Assembly (NCBI GenBank): GCA_014729505.1
Contig: WJJS01000015.1
Coordinates: 35,300 to 99,299, forward strand
Source of the DNA: Candidatus Woesearchaeota archaeon
GTDB taxonomy: Archaea; Nanobdellota; Nanobdellia; Woesearchaeales; ARS49
Reading direction: 5' to 3'
DNA: 64,000 bases
Shown here: positions 1 through 9,725 of the stretch, one piece after another
How the letters are laid out: every line of letters starts with the position of its first letter
Position numbering within the stretch: the first letter of the stretch is position 1
Position numbers and translations under genes: made by a program
The notes under the pieces: generated by a model
Databases searched by the model: none
The model's input: the letters and a program-made list of their open reading frames with translations, nothing else
Told to the model about the DNA's origin: nothing

Positions 1-901
1 TGTCATACTCTTTTACAGCGCAGATCTACTCATAGATGGCATTTCATCATACGCAGCAAAACTAGGATTAAGCGATGAGATCATAGGATTTGTTGTTGTA
101 GCACTGGCAGCATCAGTACCGGAAATGGTCACCTCAATAGGAGGAATCACGTCGGGAGAGCCAGGACTATTATTTGGCACGATCATAGGGGCGAACATGG
201 TACACATGGCACTGCTTGTGGGAGGACTAACGGTCGTAGCAAAGAAAATGAACATGCAGAGCAAACTGCTGCGACACAGCAATTGGTTTGTCTGGATGCT
301 CTTAATGCTGCCCTTTATCTTAGCAGCCGATGGATTGCTCAGCAGATCAGACGGCCTGATCCTCACAGCCGCGTTTGTCGTATACCTGGTAAGGCTCTGG
401 AAAAAAGAAGAGAAAAGCATGAAACTCAAAAAGACAGTGCGACTAGAACGCATCTGGAGGGATGCAGTCATCTTTCTTGGCGCACTTGCAGTACTCACAC
501 TTGCAGGGCAATTTCTCGTCTTTAGCGCGATCAATCTTTCAGACATCATCCAAATACCTGCGTATTTTATCGCGCTCACAGTAATCGCTGTGAGTTCAGC
601 GATGCCAGACTTCGCCGTAGGACTGCGCTCAGTGTTTCGAGGAGTACAAAAGATCGGACTTGGAGAAATCATCGGCAGCATGGTCGTCGAACTGCTATTA
701 TTTCTAGGAGTAATATCGATAATCCAACCAATACCTATTGAAGTGCCAAGTGTCCTCTCAGCATCGATCTTCTTAATCATAAGCATCACGATCACCATGT
801 ACTATTTGAAACTCAAAAGCATCACATGGAAGCATGGCATCGTGCTTCTCAGCTTGTACGCGTTGTTTGTGTTAAGCGAATTATATCAATTATTCTTTTA
901 G
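1..901 (+). CDS. Na+/Ca2+ exchanger (CaCA/YrbG-like) membrane protein, 5' end outside window
   Basis: Frame-2 translation from nt 2 is open and reads ...GLSDEIIGFVVVALAASVPEM... (alpha-1 repeat); alpha-2 repeat GEIIGSMVVELLLFLG follows; multi-TM; listed ORF 125..901 is the internal ATG. Confidence 0.7.
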   Translation, partial: VILFYSADLLIDGISSYAAKLGLSDEIIGFVVVALAASVPEMVTSIGGITSGEPGLLFGTIIGANMVHMALLVGGLTVVAKKMNMQSKLLRHSNWFVWMLLMLPFILAADGLLSRSDGLILTAAFVVYLVRLWKKEEKSMKLKKTVRLERIWRDAVIFLGALAVLTLAGQFLVFSAINLSDIIQIPAYFIALTVIAVSSAMPDFAVGLRSVFRGVQKIGLGEIIGSMVVELLLFLGVISIIQPIPIEVPSVLSASIFLIISITITMYYLKLKSITWKHGIVLLSLYALFVLSELYQLFF

Positions 902-939
902 AGACAACTCTTTTATAGCAGCCACACTATTTCAGATCC

Positions 940-1689
940 ATGATTTTAGTCGATGTACATACTCACTTGGATCATCCACGAATGATAACGGATGTGCAAC
1001 GTATTGTTGAGCGCGCACGAAAAGCAGGAGTCAAACGCATCATTAGCAACGGCAGCGAACCCGCTTCGAATCGAAAAGTCTTACAACTTGCAAAACAGTA
1101 TGATATTGTCCGCTGCGCTGTAGGAGCGTACCCCATTGACGCATTACAATTCGATCTCAACAAAGAAATAACTTCTTGGAGCAGATGCAAAGAAGACTTT
1201 GTTGCGCTTGGTGAAGTAGGACTTGATTATCTGTATGACAAAGAACGACAAGAAGAACAACGAGCCAATTTTGCAAAAATACTTGCAACAGCAAAAAAAT
1301 GGGACAAACCACTCATCGTCCATACGAGAAAAGCAGAAGAAGATTGTATCTCCATGATACTAGACTCGGGGATTGATCCGACAAAAACAATCCTTCACTG
1401 TTTTATGGGACGAAAAACACTTGTCAAGAAAGCTGCAGAGGCAGGAATGAACTTCAGCATTCCACCAATCATCTGTCGACTTGACCATTTCAAAATGGTT
1501 GTACGAGAAGTCAATATCAATCAATTATTTACTGAGACAGACGCGCCATTCTTAGGCCCTGATCGTGAGACGCGCAATGAACCGGCGTTTGTCAAAACAG
1601 TCATTGAAGAAATTGCAGCAATCAAAGGATTTGCACAAGAAGAAGTCGCAAACGCGATCTTTATGAATTATCAGCGCGTGTTTGAATAA
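940..1689 (+). CDS. tatD: TatD-family metal-dependent hydrolase/DNase
   Basis: N-terminal DVHTHLD, GEVGLDY and HTR motifs of the TatD/amidohydrolase fold. Confidence 0.85.
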   Translation: MILVDVHTHLDHPRMITDVQRIVERARKAGVKRIISNGSEPASNRKVLQLAKQYDIVRCAVGAYPIDALQFDLNKEITSWSRCKEDFVALGEVGLDYLYDKERQEEQRANFAKILATAKKWDKPLIVHTRKAEEDCISMILDSGIDPTKTILHCFMGRKTLVKKAAEAGMNFSIPPIICRLDHFKMVVREVNINQLFTETDAPFLGPDRETRNEPAFVKTVIEEIAAIKGFAQEEVANAIFMNYQRVFE

Positions 1690-1993
1690 CACGGTGTGAT
1701 AGCTCTTCAATATCGCTAAGCGAAGCGCCCTTCAATAACAATAATTCCGCAAGCTTATGCGTACTCTCCTTCCACGCCCCAAAATTAAAAATATAACTCT
1801 TAACCTGCACATCAATCTGTTCATTTTTCTGATTCCTGTTAAAAAAAATATCAAACGTATCAAAAGACATATGATCCCCATTATCCGTTAAGAATTTTCC
1901 AAGAGGAGAATCACGCTGATTGGCACAAGACACCATAATCTTTTCAAGCGCCTTTCGCGTGCGTGCCACTTCATCCATACGCAAAAAACACAA
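1661..1993 (-). CDS. hypothetical small protein
   Basis: 110-aa ORF filling the 410-bp gap between tatD and the true serS start; protein-like composition but no recognisable domain. Confidence 0.25.
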   Translation of the reverse strand: MCFLRMDEVARTRKALEKIMVSCANQRDSPLGKFLTDNGDHMSFDTFDIFFNRNQKNEQIDVQVKSYIFNFGAWKESTHKLAELLLLKGASLSDIEELSHRVIQTRADNS

Positions 1994-2100
1994 CTAACTC
2001 GTATAAAAGGTTTTTGAAAGTTGCAGACACGCTGCACAGACTAGCACAACACGCAAGACTCATACAAAAATATATAAACGAAGGTCAACCAAGAAGACAA

Positions 2101-3369
2101 ATGCTTGACATACATTATCTACGAGAACACGCACAAGAGGTCAAAGACAACCTCAAGAAGCGAAACGATCCGCAACTGCCGCCCATGGTAGATGAAGTGC
2201 TGGAACTCGACAAAGAATGGCGCGAAATCAAAAAAGAAGCAGATCAGCTTCGTCATGAACGCAACAAGATATCAAGCGAAATTAACAAAGCAGTAAAAGC
2301 AGGAAAACCAATCGATCAACTCAAGAAAAAAGCAAAAGACCTGCCAGAACAAATACAACACTACACAGAACAGATCACCGCTATCGAAAAGCACATGCGA
2401 GATCTTCTCCTGCGCATACCAAACATGCTGCACGACAGCGTACCCATAGGAACAGATGACTCTGATAACGAAGAAATCAAACGATGGGGGAAAACGCCAA
2501 CTCCCTCATTTCCACTCGTATCACACGCAGAACTGCTAGAACAACTCGGACAAGCAGATTTTGATAATGCGCGAAAAACATCAGGAGCAGGTTTTGTCTT
2601 CATACTCGACAAACTCGCAATGCTAGACCTGGCACTACAACGCTTTGCAATCGATCACTTACGCAACAAAGGATTCACACTCATCGCACCACCACTCATG
2701 ATGAGACGAGAAGCATACGAAGGAGTCACAGATCTCGGTGATTTTGAAAACGTCATGTACAAAATCGATAATGAAGACGAGTACCTGATCGCGACATCAG
2801 AACATCCCATCGCAGCACGACTCATGAACGACGTACTCGAAGAAAAAGAACTGCCACTCAAATTTGTCGGCGTCAGTCCCTGCTTTAGAAAAGAAATAGG
2901 CAGTCACGGCATCGATACAAAAGGATTGTTTCGCATGCACCAATTTAACAAAGTCGAACAATTCATCTTTTGCAAACCAGAACAATCATGGAAACTCCAC
3001 GAAGAACTTCAAAGGAACTCTGAAGAACTCTTTGAAGCTCTGGAGATTCCGTACCGTGTAGTCAACATTTGCACAGGAGACATAGGCATAGTCGCAGCAA
3101 AAAAATACGACATCGAAGCATGGTTTCCAAGAGAAGAAACATATCGGGAAGTCACGTCATGCTCAAACTGTACCTCATATCAGGCAGTACGGCTCAACAT
3201 TCGCTATCAAAAAGGCGAAGATCGCGAGTATATCCATACACTCAACAATACCGCCATTGCCACCTCTCGAGCACTGCGCGCGATAGTTGAACACTACCAA
3301 CAGCCTGATGGAACCATCAAGATACCAAAGGTCTTACAACCGTACTGCGGTTTTGATAAAATCGCATGA
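2101..3369 (+). CDS. serS: seryl-tRNA synthetase
   Basis: MLDIHYLRE... N-terminal coiled-coil arm followed by a class II core (motif 2/3 region ...FRKEIGSHGIDTKGLFRMHQFNKVE...); the ORF-track start at 1963 adds a non-SerRS extension, so the ATG at 2101 is preferred. Confidence 0.9.
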   Translation: MLDIHYLREHAQEVKDNLKKRNDPQLPPMVDEVLELDKEWREIKKEADQLRHERNKISSEINKAVKAGKPIDQLKKKAKDLPEQIQHYTEQITAIEKHMRDLLLRIPNMLHDSVPIGTDDSDNEEIKRWGKTPTPSFPLVSHAELLEQLGQADFDNARKTSGAGFVFILDKLAMLDLALQRFAIDHLRNKGFTLIAPPLMMRREAYEGVTDLGDFENVMYKIDNEDEYLIATSEHPIAARLMNDVLEEKELPLKFVGVSPCFRKEIGSHGIDTKGLFRMHQFNKVEQFIFCKPEQSWKLHEELQRNSEELFEALEIPYRVVNICTGDIGIVAAKKYDIEAWFPREETYREVTSCSNCTSYQAVRLNIRYQKGEDREYIHTLNNTAIATSRALRAIVEHYQQPDGTIKIPKVLQPYCGFDKIA

Positions 3370-3641
3370 GCATACACCCACTCGTTTGGATACTCGTAGG
3401 AACACTCGTCACCGGCATCTCCTGGTTTGTTGGTGACTCGCTCATTATCTTCTTTTATGTTGGAGTCGCTTTTTTTGCATGGGGACTCTTTTGGATACTA
3501 ATACGACGAATAACAGCACCAGAAAAAGCTCCGCGAGAAGGAGTACAACGACGAGCAAAACGTTTTGTCTGCTATCGATGCAAACAAGAAGTAGGACCAG
3601 TCACCCAGTACTGCCCACATTGCGGCGTACGCATACGTTAG
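3366..3641 (+). CDS. small membrane protein with C-terminal zinc ribbon
   Basis: Two TM helices then CYRC...CPHC; ATGA overlap with the serS stop (translational coupling). Confidence 0.4.
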   Translation: MSIHPLVWILVGTLVTGISWFVGDSLIIFFYVGVAFFAWGLFWILIRRITAPEKAPREGVQRRAKRFVCYRCKQEVGPVTQYCPHCGVRIR

Positions 3642-4228
3642 TCGAGAATCTGTTCTAAACCATAGTCGAATTCACGAAGCAAAGACAATGTCGTAAATAC
3701 GGGCAGGCCCTGCACTGCATGATAATCGCCCTCTATTTTCTCAATAAAATGAGCACCCAGTCCCTGATACGCATATGCGCCTGCCTTACCCATCGGTTCT
3801 CCAGTGGCAATATAGCGAGACATGAGTCGCGGACCAATAGTTCTAAAAGTAATATTTGCAAGACTTACGCTGCTTTTTGTGGCGCACACCCCTGCCACAG
3901 AGCAGCACACGGCAACACCCGTGTAAATGGTATGTGTTCGACCTGACAACAATTGCAACATTGCTAAGGCATCAGCGTTATTCTTTGGTTTACCGAGAAT
4001 AATCATACGCTCACTTACCACCGTATCTGCGCCGATCACTAAGGAACCTTCGTTTGCGCGAGCAACCTTCTCCGCCTTAGCAATAGCGAGTTTTACAACA
4101 TAGTCTGAAGGATACGTCGCAGGATAGGATCGCTCATCAATGCCACTCTCAACACAGCGAAAAGGAATCCCGGTCGTTTCCAAAAGTTCACGTTTCGGTC
4201 TTGAACCGGTTGCAAGAATAACATCCAT
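3638..4228 (-). CDS. maf: Maf-like nucleoside triphosphate pyrophosphatase
   Basis: MDVILATGSRPKRELL... N-terminus and overall Maf/Ham1-fold similarity; start taken at the internal Met (4228) rather than 4261. Confidence 0.8.
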   Translation of the reverse strand: MDVILATGSRPKRELLETTGIPFRCVESGIDERSYPATYPSDYVVKLAIAKAEKVARANEGSLVIGADTVVSERMIILGKPKNNADALAMLQLLSGRTHTIYTGVAVCCSVAGVCATKSSVSLANITFRTIGPRLMSRYIATGEPMGKAGAYAYQGLGAHFIEKIEGDYHAVQGLPVFTTLSLLREFDYGLEQILD

Positions 4229-4323
4229 GATCAGTACCGTCCTACAACTGCATATAATCATTTCGGGATTGTACAGGTACTATCACAACAAATATTATAT
4301 AGAACAAGAATAGGTATCTCCTT

Positions 4324-5394
4324 ATGAGCTATTTCAAAGACTTTCTTGGAGCGGACGAGTCTTTGTTTCGCAACGAAGACGCGCTCGATTTAGAATGGTT
4401 ACCAAAAGTCATACCCTATCGTGAAGAACAACAACAACATATCGCGACATGTATTAAACCCCTCCTTGCAAAACGCAACGGAAAAAACCTGTTTATCTAC
4501 GGAGATCCAGGAATAGGAAAAACAGCGGCAACACGCTCACTGCTTCGTGATCTTGAAGAAACGACAGACGAAGTGGAAGGAGTCTACATCAATTGCTGGC
4601 AAAAAAACACCAGTTACAAAGTCTGCGTAGAAATCTGTCATCTGCTCGGATACAAATTTACACAAAACAAGAACACCGAAGAAATCTTTGCAATCATCAA
4701 AAACATCGTCAACAAAAAAGCAGCAGTGTTCGTATTTGACGAAACAGACAAAATAGAAGACTTTGACTTTCTCTACAGTATACTCAACGATATCTATCGT
4801 AAAACAGTCATCGTCATCACCAACTACAAAGAATGGCTTGGCAGTCTTGAACCGCGCATACGCAGCCGTCTCATGCCAGACATGCTCGAATTCAAAAAAT
4901 ACAGCGTCAACGAAATAGAAGGCATACTCAAACAACGAATAGACTACGCCTTTGTGCCAGGAGTATGGACTGGGCCGCTTATACGGCGCATCGCAGAAAA
5001 AACAGCGACGGTAGGAGATATCCGTGCAGGCATATACCTCCTGCGACAAACAGGCATGCTCGCAGACAATGAGGGATCAAAAAAGATTACCAACGAACAT
5101 GTAGAAGCCACGCTTGCAAAACTCGACGAACAAGGCATACAAAAACCAATGGATCTCGATGAAGAATCGCGCAACATCTTAACAGTCATCAAAGAACTCA
5201 GTCCGCGAAAAATAGGAGACTTATTTAGCGCGTACAAAGAAAAAGGTGGCGGAGCAACATACAAAACCTTCCAAAGAAAGATTGCCAAACTCGAAAAAGC
5301 AAAACTTATTTCTACGAACAAGATCATTGGTGGCAAAGAAGGAACAACAACAGTGATCACGTATGGTCGAGCAAAAACGTTAAGCGATTTCTAA
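4324..5394 (+). CDS. cdc6: Orc1/Cdc6 replication initiator
   Basis: AAA+ Walker A GDPGIGKT, Walker B VFVFDETD, C-terminal winged-helix region; archaeal Orc1/Cdc6 length and layout. Confidence 0.9.
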   Translation: MSYFKDFLGADESLFRNEDALDLEWLPKVIPYREEQQQHIATCIKPLLAKRNGKNLFIYGDPGIGKTAATRSLLRDLEETTDEVEGVYINCWQKNTSYKVCVEICHLLGYKFTQNKNTEEIFAIIKNIVNKKAAVFVFDETDKIEDFDFLYSILNDIYRKTVIVITNYKEWLGSLEPRIRSRLMPDMLEFKKYSVNEIEGILKQRIDYAFVPGVWTGPLIRRIAEKTATVGDIRAGIYLLRQTGMLADNEGSKKITNEHVEATLAKLDEQGIQKPMDLDEESRNILTVIKELSPRKIGDLFSAYKEKGGGATYKTFQRKIAKLEKAKLISTNKIIGGKEGTTTVITYGRAKTLSDF

Positions 5395-5501
5395 GACCAC
5401 ATTTCAGATTTTCCATGAGTTGTTTGTGCAAAAGGAAATTCTCGCATCGCAAAACGCATCGCTTCAATTAACGCGCGCACATTTGCCGCGCCGTGCTATT
5501 G

Positions 5502-6026
5502 CTAAAAAGGAACATTATCGGGCTCGTCAAAATTCTCGTCAAGATCATACCACCCAAACACCTCTTCGCGGCACGGATCGACAAGATCTTGGCCAAAGTA
5601 CTCAAGCACGGTGTTACTTGGAGGCACCCATAACTCCAAAGATTGATAGCCTTCCATTAAACGATCCTGCATGATCTCGCGAAGAATAGAATCATAACGA
5701 AAGCGATACGATCCAAAAACACCGTCACGACCAGTACAGACGCGATCAAGAGCGCGATGCATTCGAGTACGTTTACAGTTAGACTTGCCCTGGCATTTGC
5801 TCCAGTCATTATACGCCGCTCTATACCAGTCAGGATTTTTATTTTCAACAGCGCGCACCATATGACCGGCGTACATCGGTTCTGGAGCTGGAATAAGGAC
5901 GACTTGCAATCGATTCTCGAGAAACTCGCGCTTGAGTTCGCGCGCTTCCTCGATAAAGAACTGATGCACCTCTACAGGTAATTCGCGCAAAGGACGCGTA
6001 TGGTCCCAAAGCTTTCCACGTTTCAC
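5502..6026 (-). CDS. hypothetical protein (Trp/His/Arg-rich)
   Basis: 174-aa ORF with a GTG start; no recognisable domain; same strand and frame as the next ORF but separated by in-frame stops. Confidence 0.4.
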   Translation of the reverse strand: MKRGKLWDHTRPLRELPVEVHQFFIEEARELKREFLENRLQVVLIPAPEPMYAGHMVRAVENKNPDWYRAAYNDWSKCQGKSNCKRTRMHRALDRVCTGRDGVFGSYRFRYDSILREIMQDRLMEGYQSLELWVPPSNTVLEYFGQDLVDPCREEVFGWYDLDENFDEPDNVPF

Positions 6027-6182
6027 TGCATACCCCCTCTGTACGATGGAGCCTGCAAATATCTTTTATCTTTTATGGTCAAAAAGAGGAAGAGTCACTA
6101 CTTACTAGAGTATACTCCAGTCATATTGTGTACGTGTCTAATTGACGTAGGGCGTTTTGCACTACTTTTTTCAAAGAGATAC

Positions 6183-6578
6183 TCACCAAAACAACTTATG
6201 AATTCTCGCAATAATACGCTGAGCTGCCCGCCGAGGAAAAGAGTACTGAGAGCGAAGAACAGGTCCGTTAGGACATTCAAGCTGGAGACTCGCGTATATG
6301 CAAGAGTGCTCATCAGCAGACACTCGTTGCTCGAGACTTTCTCTGTTATGGTGATACTGATGCCACTCCTCGTATTTGAGATGCTTACCCAGATAAGTCT
6401 CAGGGATTCTTGCATATACTGTGATAAGCGAAGTGTTATCGCCGCAGCGCAATTGCAGTCGCGTACAGGTCTTAGGTACTGGTTCTACTACAGTCACACA
6501 GGAATACTCGCGCAACGCATCAGTATCATCAGTGATCATCATTTCAAGGATGCCTTCAACATGAAATCTATTACGCAT
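6183..6578 (-). CDS. hypothetical Cys/His-rich protein
   Basis: 131-aa ORF; the overlapping + ORF 6000..6641 has non-protein-like composition, so the minus-strand ORF is preferred. Confidence 0.35.
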   Translation of the reverse strand: MRNRFHVEGILEMMITDDTDALREYSCVTVVEPVPKTCTRLQLRCGDNTSLITVYARIPETYLGKHLKYEEWHQYHHNRESLEQRVSADEHSCIYASLQLECPNGPVLRSQYSFPRRAAQRIIARIHKLFW

Positions 6579-6631
6579 ACCGTTTTTATGCTCGTCTCAC
6601 CTAAAAATATTTATATGCGAGACACTAGCCT

Positions 6632-7228
6632 TTGCGTATGAAAAAGAAGGTGACGCTCAAAGACCTAGATAAAAAAATATCTACGCTATTAAAAGAACAT
6701 AAAGAACTTCTCAAAGAACACAAAAAACTAGAAAAAACAGACGCCAAACTACTCCGGCAAGAAGAAAGCGAGCTCAGCGGTCTTGAAAAACTACAAAAAA
6801 TCCATGAAGACCTCTCAAGAGCAGTCAGTCCACACCCGCTACGAAGACTCACACTCAAAGATCTTGCGCAAGGAACGATAGGAGCATTCTTTGGAGTGCT
6901 TGCACATTTCACCTTCTTTTACGGAGTAAAAGTGGCACACCAGATTTCAGTAACACGCGCCATTCTGCTCTTTCCACTCTCATTAGTTGTTGGGGCGATC
7001 TTTTTGTATGCCACAGGATTTCGAAAAGTACCAAAACGATTTTTATGGTACCTGCCTGTACGATTATTTGCCCTGCAACTCATCGCAATACTCATGGCTA
7101 TTCTCGTACTAGCAATCTTTGAACCAGAATTCGGTCATAACATCGCAGACAGTTTTAAAGCAGTAGCAACAGTCAGTCTTATAGGACTCCTGGGAGCCAT
7201 CACTGCAGATCTCATAGGTAAAGAATAA
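6632..7228 (+). CDS. coiled-coil / multi-TM membrane protein
   Basis: Lys/Glu-rich coiled-coil N-terminus followed by 4 predicted TM helices. Confidence 0.5.
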   Translation: MRMKKKVTLKDLDKKISTLLKEHKELLKEHKKLEKTDAKLLRQEESELSGLEKLQKIHEDLSRAVSPHPLRRLTLKDLAQGTIGAFFGVLAHFTFFYGVKVAHQISVTRAILLFPLSLVVGAIFLYATGFRKVPKRFLWYLPVRLFALQLIAILMAILVLAIFEPEFGHNIADSFKAVATVSLIGLLGAITADLIGKE

Positions 7229-7668
7229 TGGCAAAAAAACAAACAAACGCACAAATCGTAGCACAATATGAAGAACTCAAAATGAAATCACTCGATCGTT
7301 TTGAAGTCCAGCTCGCACATGATATTCTCGATCACGATTATGAGGATATGCAAGTGCTTTTTACTATCACACTTATCAAGCTGGAAGGAGCAGAAGATAT
7401 AGAAGGAATTATAGAACTCCTCGACACAGAACGACCTTTTTGTACTACAATACAAAAACCCATTCTTGACAAACAAAAAAGACTGTTCAAAGAACTGGCA
7501 AGCGCAATGAAAGAAGCGATACGCATACTTAGTAGCAAACACTTCAAAGACACAGACACCTCAAAAATCGATCCACTTGTCAGACGAATGCACGATCTTT
7601 TAGAAGAACTGCAAGTAACCTCTCAAGAACTGCTGCGAGCCACTGGTCAAAAAATACGAGCAGCATAA
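7228..7668 (+). CDS. hypothetical soluble protein
   Basis: 146 aa; TAATG overlap with the upstream gene (coupled). Confidence 0.45.
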   Translation: MAKKQTNAQIVAQYEELKMKSLDRFEVQLAHDILDHDYEDMQVLFTITLIKLEGAEDIEGIIELLDTERPFCTTIQKPILDKQKRLFKELASAMKEAIRILSSKHFKDTDTSKIDPLVRRMHDLLEELQVTSQELLRATGQKIRAA

Positions 7669-7999
7669 CGCGCACCAACCACTGGACACGCGACCTCGTA
7701 ATACATAATACTTCTCCAAGAGTACTAGTGCATGAGGTGATGCACATGCAAACATACAAACCAGCAGTTATCCAACGATTGTTTCTTAAACAAATACGAA
7801 ACCTTACCAAGTACAATACTGTTTATATCGCGCCGCAAGACGACGAGGACCTGTACACGGATGAAGGTATAGATGCGGCGCTTGACGAACACCAAGTCAG
7901 CTCGAGAGAAGCAGGAGTGATGCGCGGTTATCTCGCTGCCTTATAATTTATATTTTTCTTTGCATAAAACCTTTTATATCGTCACCACTTGGTATCTTC

Positions 8000-8554
8000 A
8001 TGCAGATTATTACAAAAGGGGAGTATAAACAGAAGCGAGAACGACTTATTCAACAAATAGCGCAGGGCGCGCTTTTTATTTTTCCTTCAGACACGATTTA
8101 TCGCGTAGGATGCGATGCAACAAACTCACAAGCAGTCAAACAATTACGCGCGCTTAAGAAAACAACCATGCCATTCTCAGTTATTGCGCCATCAAAACAA
8201 TGGATACGACAACATTGTATCGTTAATGAAGAAGGAGAAGAAGCACTGGATCTCTTGCCCGACCGATATGTCCTCATCATGGATCTTCGCAATAAAAACG
8301 CCATCTCACAACATGTAACAAACGGTTTAGACGCAGTAGGTGTGCGAATACCGCGCAATTGGACACAGGAAATAGCCACACTCCTCAACAGACCGCTAGT
8401 TACGACCACCGCAAACGTTGCAGGAGGCTCACCAATGACCTCTCTTGACAACATACCGTCAGCACTACGTAAAAAAATCACCTTTTGCCTTGACGGAGGC
8501 GAAATACCACTACGATCAATAAATGTTATAGATCTTAGAAAAAATCAAGCTTAA
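8000..8554 (+). CDS. tsaC: L-threonylcarbamoyladenylate synthase (Sua5/YrdC/TsaC family)
   Basis: YrdC-fold signature (FPSDTIYRVGCDA ... TTTANVAGG). Confidence 0.8.
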   Translation: MQIITKGEYKQKRERLIQQIAQGALFIFPSDTIYRVGCDATNSQAVKQLRALKKTTMPFSVIAPSKQWIRQHCIVNEEGEEALDLLPDRYVLIMDLRNKNAISQHVTNGLDAVGVRIPRNWTQEIATLLNRPLVTTTANVAGGSPMTSLDNIPSALRKKITFCLDGGEIPLRSINVIDLRKNQA

Positions 8555-8810
8555 ACGCCGGTTGAGGAGAAGGTTCATCATCATCCTTTTTATCAACCTG
8601 ATCAAAAAACGTAGCCATACTACCTTCCTGACGATCCTCCATTTGACGCCGTTGTTCAAGATTACGAAAATCACGTTCATTAACCATCAACTGCAAAAAA
8701 CGAATAACCTTTCTCAAATCCTCTTTTGAATCACTTTCCGTATCAATAGTAAGCTTCATCTCTTTTGCCAAAGGGAAGCGGTCTACCATAAAAATATTTC
8801 GACTATCCAA
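8535..8810 (-). CDS. hypothetical small acidic protein
   Basis: 91-aa ORF immediately downstream of, and overlapping, the secreted protein gene. Confidence 0.3.
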   Translation of the reverse strand: MDSRNIFMVDRFPLAKEMKLTIDTESDSKEDLRKVIRFLQLMVNERDFRNLEQRRQMEDRQEGSMATFFDQVDKKDDDEPSPQPAFKLDFF

Positions 8811-9468
8811 ACCAGGAATAAAACAAACCGCGAATAGAAAGACTCACGCGCTGCCACCAGGACGCTTCCACTGTTGTGGGAACCGCTTCAAGAATACGCG
8901 TCACATTACCTTCTGCATCCTCATAACGCACAGTAATACTTGCAGGAGTATGCAAATCACTGCCTTTTAACGTAATAGTGAACTGTTCATGCTCCACCTC
9001 TTGTGGTGCAAACAATAATTGAGAACCGCGCAACCAGACCGTCACATTACGAGGCTCAGTATACGACACCTGCTCAAGAATAAAACTAACCTGAAACTCT
9101 TCATCATATCCAACCTTTTCAGGCGCTGTCAGATTCTTGAGCACGAGCTTAGGCATATCAAAATGCGAAAGAAAAATCTCTGCCTGCGCAGTTTTGCCAT
9201 CTCCAGAGGCATGCAAAGGAAACGTGTAAGAACCAAGAGGAATATCTTGAAGAGTAAACGTGATTGTCCGCGTCCCAAAGGGAGGAAGATCCACTGATTG
9301 ACACTCTCCATCAATGCAAACCTCCGTTGTAAACGAGTAATTGCGAGCACTCATAATATCACACCAGACCGTTGCAGGAGCCTGAGGTTCACACTCAATA
9401 CTGAACGGTTCAGACTGCGCAACAACCATGCCTGCAAGGATAACAAATACAAGCAAACCTCTTTTCAT
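8803..9468 (-). CDS. secreted protein with signal peptide and multiple N-glycosylation sequons
   Basis: MKRGLLVFVILAGMVVAQS signal peptide; several NxS/T sequons. Confidence 0.5.
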   Translation of the reverse strand: MKRGLLVFVILAGMVVAQSEPFSIECEPQAPATVWCDIMSARNYSFTTEVCIDGECQSVDLPPFGTRTITFTLQDIPLGSYTFPLHASGDGKTAQAEIFLSHFDMPKLVLKNLTAPEKVGYDEEFQVSFILEQVSYTEPRNVTVWLRGSQLLFAPQEVEHEQFTITLKGSDLHTPASITVRYEDAEGNVTRILEAVPTTVEASWWQRVSLSIRGLFYSWFG

Positions 9469-9725
9469 ATACTATAGAAAGAAGTTCTAGTATAAAACAT
9501 TGTCGCGATTTGGGCGGCGGAAAACCCGCCGCCATGAATCGCGCCCATGCGATCGGAGGTCATCATAAACGACACCTTCCTGAACCACTATCATACCTTT
9601 TTGCTGTAATGAAAGGGTCTGTAGAGCAGAAAGGACTAGCAGTTTAAGAATTTTATCATACAATGTCACACAAACATCATACTTTTTAGGGAAGATTTAA
9701 TAATCCTCAACTCCTCCTTTTTACC

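Noticed and set aside
13-798. 261-aa minus-strand ORF
   Set aside because: It is antisense to the CaCA exchanger gene whose frame is open from nt 2 with clear family motifs; its composition is low-complexity Ser/Thr/Pro-rich.
1963-2100. N-terminal extension of serS from the first ATG
   Set aside because: The extension has no SerRS similarity; the canonical coiled-coil N-terminus begins at the Met at 2101.
4537-5360. Minus-strand ORFs (170 aa, 138 aa) inside cdc6
   Set aside because: Antisense artefacts within a well-supported AAA+ gene.
5502-6578. Possible single frameshifted gene (both minus ORFs are in the same frame)
   Set aside because: Translating the 156-nt gap in that frame gives immediate stops (TGA, TAG), so these are two separate genes.
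6000-6641. 213-aa plus-strand ORF overlapping the 6183-6578 minus ORF
   Set aside because: The sequence is not protein-like (scattered Cys/Arg/Leu, no domain); the minus-strand ORF reads as a plausible globular protein.
9540-9610. Possible C/D-box sRNA (ATGATGA ... CTGA) on the minus strand
   Set aside because: Box spacing and the terminal stem do not fit; only one good C box and no properly placed D box.
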